NCBI GenBank assembly: GCA_048213135.1
Contig: PS015064.1
Location: 117,060 to 152,679, forward strand
DNA: 35,620 nucleotides
Source: Reclinomonas americana ATCC 50394
Taxonomy: Eukaryota
Direction of reading: 5' to 3'
Part shown: positions 10,109-23,016 of the stretch, in pieces
How positions within the stretch are numbered: position 1 is the stretch's first letter
How the letters are laid out: the number at the start of each line of letters is the position of its first letter
Notes under the pieces: model-generated
Databases searched by the model: none
The model's input: the letters and a program-made list of their open reading frames with translations, nothing else
What the model was told of the DNA's origin: nothing
Program-made: the position numbers and the translations under genes

Positions 10109-11189
10109 TTTCTCCACCGTCTTCCTCCCTTGTGCGCTCATTTGCCTCCCCAGTCATCCACCCCATCCTTCCCGCACAAGCTCGATCCGAGTATCTGCTC
10201 AAGATGCGCCGGCTATGATTCAGCCATCACGTTGGGCAGTCTATCATGGTGAGCATTTCGATACCAAAGTGTGTGAGGTGGCGTAACTGCCGACTGAGTC
10301 TGCTCTCTCTCTCTCTTCTCTTGTAGGAGGTTGTGTGTGCAGAAGCTTCCCTCGTCTTGCCTCTTGAGCAAACCGCGTGTTGGTATCTGGTGCTGATCGG
10401 TGAGTTTGTCAGGTGAGACAGAGCAGATGTCTCTCCTCTTCCTCCGTTCCTTTGCTCACAGCGCACCGACATGCAGGCACCTTGGAAGCACGTTCCCCTC
10501 GTTGTTCCGTGACGATGACAGACGTGCTGTGCATCGCCCATTGCCGGCTGTCACCTCACTCACGCGACTCCCCACCCGCATCCCACCATGCACGAAGCAG
10601 GTGTGTGGCCTTGTTCGTGTCGTAATCTTTCTCTCTCCTCCTTCCCTCCCACTCACATCATTCATGCAGGTCGTGCTTGTCATGCAGAGTGTGGCTGGGT
10701 GGATGTACACATGTGTGTCGTGATGTGCGATGGATGGCCTGGTCGGTGGATCGTTTTTGAATCCCGGGCTGGCAAGTCGGAGCGGATCGATGGTGTGTGC
10801 ATCTTGGTTGTTGCTGTCACTGTCGAGCGACGATGGTGGTGGCCATGGGAGACTTACACGTGCTCGGCTAGCAACATGTGGTGAGTGCATATTCTGCGCC
10901 TGCGTTGAGGAACAAGTTGGCGAGACTTGGAGATACTGACTTTGTTCTATGTGTGATCTGAACACAGGCGTGATGGCAAGTAACTGGCCACTGGCACGCA
11001 TGCAGCATGGCAACTCGTGGTTCCGTGCCTCACAGTACACGCGTGAGACGATTCACCGACCGACTTTGAGTGTGATTGAAGGCACGAGGCATTGGTTGTG
11101 ATTTGGGTGGGAGGAGGCGAGTCTCACAACACAGCTGCCTCGTCCATCGCTGTGCTGCTGCACTGGTCACTCCTTTCATGTTCCTTGTG
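9503..11189 (+). repeat. Downstream part of the tandem unit, copy 3
   Basis: Colinear with copies 1 and 2 up to ...ctcctttcatgttccttgtg. Carries a private ~100 bp purine-rich insertion near 9760-9860. Confidence 0.88.
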
Positions 11190-11394
11190 TATGTAACAAG
11201 AGTGCTCTGGCACACGAGCGTGGGGGTGTATTCATCGCTACGAATAATAATTGCTCGCTGCGAAGAACTCTCTGCATATCATTCAAAACAAACCACCACA
11301 ACAGCTAAGAAAAACGATGCCTCGGCTATCTCTCCTACTCTTGCAGCCAATGTCTCTTCTCCAACCTCTCCTTCTCTCTCTCTCTCCCACTCAC

Positions 11395-14300
11395 TCAATC
11401 ACGACGCACGTTCGTAAAATCTGGCAAAAAGGAACCCACAATTCGCTGCAACAGCGGCTGCGCTGGTGGGCCGGCATGTGCCCCGTACTCTCTCGCCTCT
11501 CCGTCCTGCTTCAAGCTCCACATCCGCATCGTACGGTCGTTTCCACCAGCTACGATCCAGCGTCCACACGGCGACATTGCTGCCGTGAGCACCGCGCCAC
11601 CAAACGCATCGAGTCGATGTACTTCCTTGCCGGCACCATCACCAATCACCGACCACATTCGCACGGTGCCGTCGTCGCTAGCCGACAGGATGTGGCTCCC
11701 GTCGGCAGTCAGTGTCACAGAATTGATCCACTTGGCGTGTCCGACTAGCTCGCGCACGCATTCGCCAGTCGAGGCAGACCAAACACGCACCGTCGCGTCG
11801 GCGCTTCCCGACACAATGTGCTCGCCGTCGGGCGTGACGGCAACAGAGACCACATTGCCACGGTGCCCACGAAGTCGTCGCACTTCACGACCACGAGGTT
11901 CGACAGTGGACCACACATGTAATGTGTCGTCGCTGTTGGCCAGTACCACGTGCTGTCCGTCAGGCGTCAGGGCCACGCCATTGAGAAACTGTGTGTCGAC
12001 TGCTATGCATTGTAGCTCCTCGCCACTTGCTAAAGACCACACGCGCACAGTTTCGTCAAAACTGCCCGACACGATACGCTCGCCGAGAGAGTCCACCAAC
12101 ACTGACGTCACGCGATCGAGATGGCCGGCGCACTGCCGTATCTCTTCGCCAGTGCTTGCCGACCACACCCGCACCGTTCGGTCGTAGCTGCCGGAGACCA
12201 CGAATCGACTGTCGGGCGTCGTGGTCACAGTGCCGACTTCGCCTGTGTGGCCGAGCAGCCGTTGCAACTCTTCGCCGTTTGTCACAGACCATATGCGCAC
12301 TGTACGGTCTTGACTGCCAGTCACAATGAGGTTGCCATCCGACGAGACCGACACCGACAGGACCCAGCCAGCGTGGCCGTTGAGTCGTCGTACTTCCTCG
12401 CGGCTGGCCAGTGACCACTGTCGCAATGTGCGATCCCAGCTTCCCGACACGATAAGCCGACCATCGGGTGACACCGACAGTGATCCCACAACTTCCGAGT
12501 GACCCTCGAATCGACGAACCTCTTCGCCGCTGGCCAACGACCACACGCGAATCGTCTTGTCGTGACTTCCGGACACTACGTACTGCCCGCCGGGGAGCAT
12601 CGACAGGGTCCACACCCAACCAGTGTGACCTTCCATACGGCGCACCTCTTCGCCTGTCGCAAAAGACCACACTCGCACCAACTGGTCTTCGCCACTCGAC
12701 ACGATGTACTCGCCGTTTGGTGACACCATCAGCGACCACACCCAACCGGCAGCCACGTTCACGCATCGCACTTCCACGCCAGTGGCGACGGACCACACTC
12801 GCAAGTTGCCATCTTCGCCGCCAGAGACTACGTGCTGGTTGTCGGGGGTAACCGCGACTGCACGCGCTTCGCCAGCGTGCCCACGCAGTTTCCACAGCGC
12901 ATCGCCGCTAGCGAGCAGCCAGATGCAGACGACGGAATCGCGACCGGCAGACGCTGCGTGCTGTCCATCCGTCGAGACCGCCACAGCATTTACGGGACTG
13001 GAATGGCCCACCATCTCTCGCACTGGTTGATCACCACTGATTAAGGACCACATGCGCACTGAGCGATCTTCGCTGGCAGAAAGCACATACTGGCCGTCGG
13101 TCGTCACTGCCACTGACGTCACACGGTTCGTGTGGCCCACAAACTTCTTCACCTGCTTGCCACTGGTGAGTGACCACACGCGCACAGACCGGTCGTCGCT
13201 ACCGGATACCACGTGCAGACCATCCGGAGTCACCGCCACCGACGACACGCGATCCGAGTGACCCTCTATGGGCTTCCTCGGCCACATGACGCCCTCAACA
13301 TGGGCATCACGAAAGTCGGCATCACGAGCAAACGCCAAAGACAAGTTTGCATGGCTCAGATCCGCTCCGCACCACACCGATCCGTGCATCACAGCGTCGC
13401 GCAAATCCGCACCGCGCACTCGAACACCTGACAGATCGCGTGCCGAGAAGGAAACCTCCGCCAGGCAGAGGGCGCTGGCGGCGCTCGACGCCACGGTACC
13501 GAGCCATTCCTCCGATCGCGAGCGAGACAGTGCGATAGAGTGCCACAGTGACTTCTGCAACGCGTCGTCACCGCGCAATCGATCCGCAACAAACGAAAGA
13601 ACCGAGTCGAGTCCCTTCCACCACAAGGCAAGCCAGTGAGTTGATGATGACGACAACACAGAAGATAGCGGCCACGCGTGCTCAACTTCATCGCCACCGG
13701 CAAGTGCTCGTCGACCAGTGAACCCGGATCCGGAGCCGACACGATCCATACGATCCTACGCAACAAGAAAGTGATACAACTGAGTGATGCGTAGAGTAAA
13801 GAACTCTCAGCTGTCGCCTAACCTGCAAGTCAATGTGCTCCAGCGCCAGAAGTTGCACATCAGCCATCCATGCCTGTGCCGCAAAGAATTCCAGCACCGA
13901 CTTGTGCATGAACTCCACTCGCTGCCCCATCGCGCCGAGTTGGCTCCACTTGAGCAAAGCCTTGAAGGAGTGAGAGAGAGAGAGAGAGATGAACTCAGAT
14001 TGCATTTCCAGGTGTGTAACGAGGGATAAGAAAGAGCATAAAGGCAACAGAGCAAGATAGACAGCAATGTACAACCACGCAATCATACACGAAACTGCAC
14101 GAACTACGGTATTCTGCACGTCATCGTCACGCGAAAACCGATCGGACCAAAGATGCCACATGGCGGAGCCATGCTGTGAATGCAGCGTTAGTGCATCAAG
14201 AGGCAACTTATCGGAAAACAAGACGAGTCGAATACCTCGCTTTGCTGCACAAATGTAAGCGAGTGCTGCATCATGTCGCTGGCCAACTCGGCACAAAAGT

Positions 14301-14791
14301 CCCACACGCGTTCACTAAACTGCGCTTCGTCGACCTCGTCACCAAACACCTATTGCACATGCGCATGGCTGAGATCGCTTCTGCAGCAGATACACGCACG
14401 CACACACACACATTCACACCTGTCGTATGTTCACTTGATGATGCACAAATTCCCAGTGTATCTTGCGCCGGGCGAACAGATCATACAGAAAACTGCGAGT
14501 CACCCGTCGCGTTGCCGCATGTTGTAGCTCCTCCAGCACCAGGACAATCATATTCAACGTTAAAGGCTGCAAGCAGAATGCAGTAAGTCTTATAGAACAC
14601 ATACAGCGAGGGAGAGAGAAAAAACATGCGATGCGTGATAGGAGAGACACTGATGCACCACAGTGCAGCTGCGAATACACAATCAACTGCACTGCAAATA
14701 TGGACTCTCGCCAGTTCAGATCAATGTGACAGCACGCGACAGATAAAGTGCATACCATGAACAGTATTGTAGAGACAAACAACTGAAGAAC

Positions 14792-14831
<40 letters not shown>

Positions 14832-14898
14832 CCGCACCACAAATCACACAGAACTCAAGAACGCACAGAGCAAGATGGGTAGCGTGCGTGCACGAAGG

Positions 14899-14946
<48 letters not shown>

Positions 14947-15807
14947 TGCAAAAGAGATTCGACAACTCACCGATCTCGACAATTCTGCTAGTCCGGGAAC
15001 CTGACAGATTTGCCGCTTCAAGTCTCCTGACGAGTGCGCTCCCGGACGCGTCTCGGCAAACCTGTGGCAAGAGCAGACACGCAAGAAATCATCATTTCAG
15101 CTTCTCGACTGCGCCTGTATCCGACCGTTGAGATGAAGAACCAAACTTTTGCAGGAACAAATCAACGTCGGCGTCGGCAAAATGTCGCAAGATACAACGT
15201 GCCAACGTGCGCTCTTGCTGTGCAAAGCGCTCGGCTCGTGACAATGTCGGATTGACCGGAGAGAAGCACTGCTCAGCCCAGAAATTGCCGATTCGACTGA
15301 TGAGCTCGCGTCGGACAGACACAACGACCAAAACATTGGGATACCGCTGGAAAGGAAAGAATTCTGCGAGTAAGTGCATGTACAGATGATAGCCCACAAC
15401 TGTAGGACACAACAAAACCTCCAGTTCATGATGAACATAGAGATTGCCCGGTATTTCACCACACTCGTCGTACCCGTCGAGAATAAGCACAACAGTGCCG
15501 ATACGATCAAACTGTACACCGAATGTCAGTAAGATAAGCCTATAAGGCTCGTGAAGATGCATACGTGCACACATACACGCACCTCTTCATCGAGATGCAG
15601 AAAGAGTCGTTCATCTCCAACAGCCGCGTTAGTCTGCCGCAGTAGGTACGGCAACAGCTCACCCGGCTGATCAAGTACTTCGCGTCGAGGTATGCTCGGC
15701 AGCCGTGCCCACAACACAAGCGTGTCAGGGCGCTGCTGTAATCCACCGGCCAGCTGCCGTAGGAGAACTGACTTTCCGCCACCCGACCAGCCGGCTACAA
15801 CCATGAC
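11395..15807 (-). CDS. STAND/NLR-like NACHT NTPase with pentapeptide repeats and 14 WD40 repeats (core; exons 15807-15583, 15511-15419, 15346-15147, 15061-14971, 14566-14420, 14349-14236, 14173-14096, 13960-13823, 13755-11395)
   Basis: Walker A VVAGWSGGGKS, Walker B VVLILDGYDE, sensor-1-like VVVSVR, helical-domain SRS|PLTLNMI and winged-helix FMHKSVLEFFAA. These are followed by pentapeptide repeats (ARDLSGVRVRGADLRDA..GADLSHANLSLA) and 14 GH...WS repeats. Intron phases are mutually compatible. Confidence 0.88.
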
Positions 15808-16039
<232 letters not shown>

Positions 16040-16095
16040 CTGTCTGTCTCTCTCATGTCGATCATGCAGGTCTGGTGAAAATGAGGCCACCGACC

Positions 16096-17617
16096 TTCCT
16101 GCAGTACGGCGATCGAGTGTACATTGGGCATCCGGCTTCAGTGGGCTGGGTGTTGATCGAAGGGTGTGTCTGCCACCGCTGTGTGTGTGAGAGAGAGGCT
16201 GCTCACTCATTTGCAATCGTGAACGCGCCCGCAGAGCCTCCAGCGACGGTGTCGGTGTGATGCGCAACAGGTTTGTCTGTGTGTCACGCCGCGCTTTCAC
16301 GAGCCTGTAACTCGAGTATTGCTGTTCCTTAGCTTTCTGCTGTCGCCCTCCCACTTCTCACGTCTCTCCCAACACACGCTTCCTCCTACCTTCACTTCTG
16401 TTTTTTTCGACACGTCCAGTTCTTGTGGTTCTCCTTGCTCTTCCCCTTCTTCCCCCTCTTCTTCTTCTTGTACTTCTTGTTCTCCCTCTCTCTCTCTCTC
16501 TCTCTTCTTCTTCTTCTTCTTCTTCTTCTTCTCCNNNNNNNNNNNNNNNNNNNNNNNNNNNNNNNNNNNNNNNNNNNNNNNNNNNNNNNNNNNNNNNNNN
16601 NNNNNNNNNNNNNNNNNNNNNNNNNNNNNNNNNNNNNNNNNNNNNNNNNNNNNNNNNNNNNNNNNNNNNNNNNNNNNNNNNNNNNNNNNNNNNNNNNNNN
16701 NNNNNNNNNNNNNNNNNNNNNNNNNNNNNNNNNNNNNNNNNNNNNNNNNNNNNNNNNNNNNNNNNNNNNNNNNNNNNNNNNNNNNNNNNNNNNNNNNNNN
16801 NNNNNNNNNNNNNNNNNNNNNNNNNNNNNNNNNNNNNNNNNNNNNNNNNNNNNNNNNNNNNNNNNNNNNNNNNNNNNNNNNNNNNNNNNNNNNNNNNNNN
16901 NNNNNNNNNNNNNNNNNNNNNNNNNNNNNNNNNNNNNNNNNNNNNNNNNNNNNNNNNNNNNNNNNNNNNNNNNNNNNNNNNNNNNNNNNNNNNNNNNNNN
17001 NNNNNNNNNNNNNNNNNNNNNNNNNNNNNNNNNNNNNNNNNNNNNNNNNNNNNNNNNNNNNNNNNNNNNNNNNNNNNNNNNNNNNNNNNNNNNNNNNNNN
17101 NNNNNNNNNNNNNNNNNNNNNNNNNNNNNNNNNNNNNNNNNNNNNNNNNNNNNNNNNNNNNNNNNNNNNNNNNNNNNNNNNNNNNNNNNNNNNNNNNNNN
17201 NNNNNNNNNNNNNNNNNNNNNNNNNNNNNNNNNNNNNNNNNNNNNNNNNNNNNNNNNNNNNNNNNNNNNNNNNNNNNNNNNNNNNNNNNNNNNNNNNNNN
17301 NNNNNNNNNNNNNNNNNNNNNNNNNNNNNNNNNNNNNNNNNNNNNNNNNNNNNNNNNNNNNNNNNNNNNNNNNNNNNNNNNNNNNNNNNNNNNNNNNNNN
17401 NNNNNNNNNNNNNNNNNNNNNNNNNNNNNNNNNNNNNNNNNNNNNNNNNNNNNNNNNNNNNNNNNNNNNNNNNNNNNNNNNNNNNGTACGACGTACTCCT
17501 CCTCTCTCTCTCTCTCTCTCTCTCCTCTTCCTTCTCTCCGTTTCCGTACTTAGTCTCGTCTTCTTCGTCTCTACTACGCGTCCCGTCCTCTACGACGACA
17601 CTTCGTACTTGTTACGT

Positions 17618-17665
<48 letters not shown>

Positions 17666-18099
17666 GTCCCTGTCTCTCATGCACACGAGCGCTACCACGC
17701 AACGAGACACTCCACGGCCGAGAGGTTGGTTGGGTCATCAGGCAGCGGAAGCACGGTGCGAATTGCAGTGGCGTCATGGAGTGCAGCAATCTTATGTGCC
17801 ACAATCTGCGGCGCTTCCGGCAATGGCGGTGGCAGCGGCGCCAGTGATACGGGTGGTGACGAAGAGACGACATCTGAGGCACCCACATCGAAATTGTCGT
17901 CCCCCGCAGTGACGGCCCGAGACGCTGCACAACCACCTCCGCACAGGCGCCGGCGTGAGCGCAGGAGATATCTGTGGGCAAAGAACACAAGGGTGAAAAG
18001 ATGATGCACATCCACATAACTCACGCACACATACACGCACGCACGCACACACACATACACACACACGCACGCACACACACACGCACACACGCACGCACG

Positions 18100-18142
<43 letters not shown>

Positions 18143-18344
18143 GAAGCGGCCAAACCTGACTTCCAGACGAGTGCTCGACCGAACCGAACCCAACGCATTC
18201 TCAGGTACAATCCTGCCACAAGGTGCACTAGACAGATGCAGAGCGGTGGCACTGTGTATCCGGAGCTCGCAAGTCGCGGTCGTGTCGCGGACACGAGTCG
18301 CAAAAGAGTCCTCGAGTGCCATTGCGCAGCGCGCGCGCGCTTGA

Positions 18345-18411
<67 letters not shown>

Positions 18412-18650
18412 NNNNNNNNNNNNNNNNNNNNGAGAGAGAGAGAGAAGATACAACACACTGTGTTCTTCCGGAAGTCCGCTGTGGTGATGCCGGTCTCCCG
18501 CAAGTCCGCTAAGAAACTGCGCGCAATGTTGTTTGAAACAAGTTTCAAAGGATGCCCCGAAGGCATCTTCGAAGTTCCCCAAAGGCAACACGGCGTCGGC
18601 GACGACGGTGACACACCATCGTATATGCATCGATGTCGGAAACACAAAAA
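16096..18650 (-). CDS. Probable N-terminal exons of the NACHT-WD40 gene; no recognisable domain; spans gaps
   Basis: Exon-like segments bounded by YAG/GT lie between microsatellite introns, e.g. RARAAQWHSRTLLRLV...LRMRW, YLLRSRRR...PLPPPLPEAPQIVAHKIAALH...ECL, LVKARRDTQTNLLRI and PTEAGCPMYTRSPYCRK. The last is phase-compatible with the Walker A exon. Boundaries and start codon are uncertain. Confidence 0.4.
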
Positions 18651-18720
18651 AATGCTGGAGGTCTCAAGAGTTTCGAGGAGTGCAGACGTATATTGTTTCA
18701 TTTGGTGAATGGTTTCACTC

Positions 18721-19866
18721 CACTGCAGCACCCTCCCCTCCTCGCTGTGTCGACTCTTGCTCTTGAAGCGGTGGCGGTGAGACCTTCGGTCTCATCGCCC
18801 CATCCCTCTCTGAGTCTACCTCTCCACATGCAACAGCGAGGAATCGGAGATACCTCCCTCACGTGAGCTGAGATGCAATGCATCCACCACTGCAGCACCC
18901 CCTCCCCTCCTTGCTGTGTCGACTCTTGCCCTTGAAGCGGTGGCGGTGAGACCCTTCGGTCTCACCGCCTCTTCACTCTCTGAGACGATCTCTTCACGTG
19001 TAACAGTGAGGAACCGGAGATACCTCCCTCACTGTGTGCCGAGATGCAATGCATCCACCACTGCAGCACCCTCCCCCTCCTCGCTGTGTCGACTCTTGCC
19101 CTTGAAGCGGTGGCGGCGAGACCTTCGGTCTCACCGCCCCATCCCTCTCTAGAGTCTATCTCTCCACATGCAACAGTGAGGAACCGGAGATACCTCCCTC
19201 ACCGTGTGCTGAGATGCAACGCATCCACCACTGCAGCACCCTCCCCCTCCTCGCTGCGTCGCCTCCTGTTCTCGCTCACCGCCCCATCCATCTCTGATCT
19301 CTCCACATGCAACAGTGAGGAACCGGAGATACCTCCCTCACCGTGTGCTGAGATGCAACGCATCCACCACTGCAGCACCCTCCCCTCCTCGCTGTGTCGA
19401 CTCCTGTTCTCTCTAACCGCCCCATCCCTNNNNNNNNNNNNNNNNNNNNNNNNNNNNNNNNNNNNNNNNNNNNNNNNNNNNNNNNNNNNNNNNNNNNNNN
19501 NNGCCCCATCCCTCTCTGAGTCTTATCTCCACATACGACAGTGTGGAACTGGAGATTCCTCCCTCACTGTGTGCCGAGATGCAATGCATCCACCACTGTA
19601 GCACCCTCCCCCTCCTCGCTGTGTCGACTCCTGTTCTCTCTCACCGCCCCATCCCTCTCTGAGTCGATCTCTCCACATGCAAGAGCGAAGAACCGGAGAT
19701 ACCTCCCTCGCCGTGTGCTGCGATGCAACGCATCCACCACTGCAGCACCCTCCCCCTCCTCGCTGTGTCGACTCCTGTTCTCGCTCACCGCCCCATCCCT
19801 CTCTGAGTCGATCTCCACGTGCAACTGTGAGACCAATGCCATCCCTCCTCTCGGAGCTGAATGCAT
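18721..19866. repeat. Minisatellite with at least 7 units of ~139-171 bp in two subtypes
   Basis: Anchor ctg(c/t)agcacc occurs at 18723, 18890, 19061, 19231, 19370, 19596 and 19740. Long units contain the hairpin ggcggtgagacc-(c)ttc-ggtctcaccgcc and short units lack its left arm. Confidence 0.95.
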
Positions 19867-21109
19867 GAGACACCTTCTCTTGCTCTTCGCGCTGTGCACA
19901 ACCCTCTCATAGTGACCCACCAGCCATGTGTTTCTCTGCTACTCACCTCACTGTGGATCAAGAGAGGCGACCTACCTCATCCTCGGCATCTCTCTCTCGC
20001 TCTCCCTCACTCTCTCAGCCCTCTTATTTCTCCGGCCTCCGTTTGCATATGCATTCTTGCACGCTGTGGGAATATGCAGCACGTGAGACGCTGCTGCGTG
20101 GCGGAGCAAGCGCGACGCGCGGGCGACAAAGTTCACTCAGACAAACACACCTGACCGAGATGCCGATCGCACCTCTGTGAATGTCACGCACAGAATGCAG
20201 AGTGCACAGTCATTCAGAGCAGCACTCTTCGCATCATGTCACAGCACTGCAAGCAAGAAGCGCGCGTGATAGACGATGGCACAGAGAAATCAGCGACGTC
20301 CCGTTTCCAGGATCGCGTAATTTTCCGACTCTTCCACGCAGCACTCGGGGTGTGTACCGCTCTGTGCCGTCTGCACTGGCGATCACAGCAGCACCTTCAG
20401 ATACAAGCTTTGTGCCTTGCATCGATGCCGCATATCGTCTGTGCAGTGCAGCGCACCACGCATCTTTTGCGACGCATCCGGATCCCGGAGAATCAAGGCG
20501 TGCGAAGTGCACCTGCGTTCGGTGACCACAGATCACGCAGCAAACGTGTCCATCCCTCTCTTCCCGTCTAGGTACTTGTACCGACCCATGTGGAAGCTGT
20601 CTCCTGCAAAAGGCAGTACTCCTTGCACTCCTGAGTTTTCCCGCCACCACCTTCGCGTCTAGAAACCAGTGAACGTAGAGGCCACCGACCGAGCGATGCC
20701 GTTCATCGGTGCCAACTCCGTTCGCCTTCTTACTTTGCATACCTGTAGGGCGAGAGCCAATCTACGCATACCAATTCACCGTGCTGAATTAAACCACGAA
20801 ATGCACCACCGGCGGCCGTCGCAAGTTGACCAGCACCCCACCCCCTTTAACAGTCGCGCGAGCAGGACTGTCCAGGAGGTCGGACTGTCCGGGTGTTCAG
20901 TGTGCCTTTGGGGAACAATTTTATGCATATTATTCCGGATCCACAGTGCACATGCGTTGTTTTACGTTCAAGTGATCGCGCGACACTGGAATGCCCCCGT
21001 TGTAGCAGCCACTTATTAAACTCCCACCTGCAGTATGCTGGCGTGCATATCAACNNNNNNNNNNNNNNNNNNNNTTCTCCCAAGTGAGAACTGGACTGTC
21101 TTCGGCTGA

Positions 21110-22431
21110 TTTAGCAGACTACTTCTGACAGTTGAAGAAGGAGCCATCTGTCCTCTCCTCCCTGTCGCTGTCCAATCCACTCCTTGCAGGAGTCGCCAAG
21201 AGTCCAACTACCCTGAAGTCGACAACAGTGCCACAACCAACACTGCAGCATTCCCAACTCCACCGAAGTCCCTCTTCAAAACACGACTCAGTTGACTTTA
21301 TTTTACATGCCCTCGAGGTCTCGGGCGCGCCCTCAAGCACCCCGCAGACCCGCACATCCTTGATACCCGCATTTGACCAGCGCTCAGGCGTGTGTGCGAC
21401 CACTCCAACCTTCACGCTGGTCAACCTTCCCGCAAAAACGCCTTACTTAACACTCAAAACCCTTCCCACGCACACACGCACGCTTGCCGCACGCAGTACG
21501 GCGACAAGGATGCCTACGGAACCCGACATCCCGCAAAAAACCCCTTAGACTTCACCCAAGTACAGACTTCTCTGCACTCCCCTCGACAATCTCTCCGAGA
21601 GCGAGAAGGAGAAAAAACACCCTAACCCAACCAGGGAATGCAACACACACGTGCACCCAGACGATCGTGGACCACAGCACCACCGTCTTACACACAATAC
21701 GAGCACACCACACAAACCAGCAACTGTGTTGAGGGATGGGACAAACCTCTCCAACCTCACCCTCCAGTCGACACGAGCGATGCGCTAGCAAACACCACCA
21801 CAGCCACCGCAAGCAATCCTGCAAGCATGTGGATGGTGTGCACGCGAAGAAGGGCAAAACCCCCTCAGGGGAAAAAGCAACACTTCTTGAGAGGACCACT
21901 CGTGACATTGACTGCCAGACTGACTGCCATCAGTCGAGTCTAGAACCACAGCTACTCCAACCTTCCCTTCCCAACACGCACACCCACGCAAGTGTACCCA
22001 CACAACCCGCCAACATCCACCAACATGCAACATGCAAACCCAACACATGTACACCTCCAACATGCAACAGATACCACTTCCAACATCCACAAACGACCCC
22101 CCCCCCTCCAACAACGCCAACAAATTACATCACACACCAGCCCGCTCAACACATGCGACACCGAAAACCCGCGAGCGACCGTGTGCTCCAGTCGACAAAC
22201 ATCCGTAGCTGCCAGCCGACACCACAAACAATCTCGTCACGCACAGTCCAGCCGCCACGCCTGGCAACCGATGCGATGACGATACCGAGGGAGGGTGGGT
22301 GGGATATCGGTATCGGAAAAGCAACTAGGTGGTCTCCTCTCACAGAGTAAGGGAGACCACAGAAACAAGCAGTCTTTTGCAGTACGGAGAGGACAGATGG
22401 CTCCTGTCAACTGTCCTCGAAGTCTGCTAAA
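21110..22431. mobile_element. ~1.3 kb segment bounded by imperfect ~47-bp inverted repeats; putative non-autonomous element
   Basis: 21110-21158 is the imperfect reverse complement of 22386-22431, with a 20-nt perfect core (aggagccatctgtcctctcc). Both ends lie close to assembly gaps. No transposase or reverse-transcriptase motifs were recognised. Confidence 0.45.
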
Positions 22432-23016
22432 GCTGCGACANNNNNNNNNNNNNNNNNNNNNNNNNNNNNNNNNNNNNNNNNNNNNNNNNNNNNNNNNNNN
22501 NNNNNNNNNNNNNNNNNNNNNNNNNNNNNNNNNNNNNNNNNNNNNNNNNNNNNNNNNNNNNNNNNNNNNNNNNNNNNNNNNNNNNNNNNNNNNNNNNNNN
22601 NNNNNNNNNNNNNNNNNNNNNNNNNNNNNNNNNNNNNNNNNNNNNNNNNNNNNNGAGTATTCTTCTCTCTCCCACTACCTCCCTCTCTCCCTCCTCTCTC
22701 TCTCTCTCTCTTTCTTTCTCTCTCACTCACTCCCTTCCTTCCCACCGCCGCTACTGCTCGACGGCGACGACGGCATCGCCGAGCCCGAGCTGCCACCAGC
22801 GCTCCTTGCATCCACAATCAAGGGAAATGGAGCAAAAGGCGCGTCTGGTACGGTTTCGACAAGGGTGGCAATTGTGGCACATCACTGCAGGGTGGCGTAC
22901 CTCTGTCTCTCCCTCCCTCTCTCCCTCTCTCGCTTTCTCTCCCTCCCTTCCCTCCCTGCGTCCCTCCCTCCTTTGCCTCATCTCTCCCTTTCCCCTCGCC
23001 CCTCCCTCCCCCTCAC

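Noticed and set aside
16319-18004. Long ORFs spanning N runs or microsatellites (also 6118-7014, 26621-27929, 29934-31056, 33576-34334)
   Set aside because: Artefacts of gaps and stop-free CT/CA repeats within introns.
18721-19866. CRISPR-like array, or a coding repeat (a 56-aa frame exists in an idealised unit)
   Set aside because: Eukaryotic context, no unique spacers and no cas genes. Unit lengths of 167, 170 and 139 break the frame.
20587-20658. Minus-strand EGGGGKTQECKEY resembling a P-loop, within exon-like sequence at ~20250-20760
   Set aside because: No preceding hydrophobic strand or downstream Walker B was found, and I could not build a consistent gene model.
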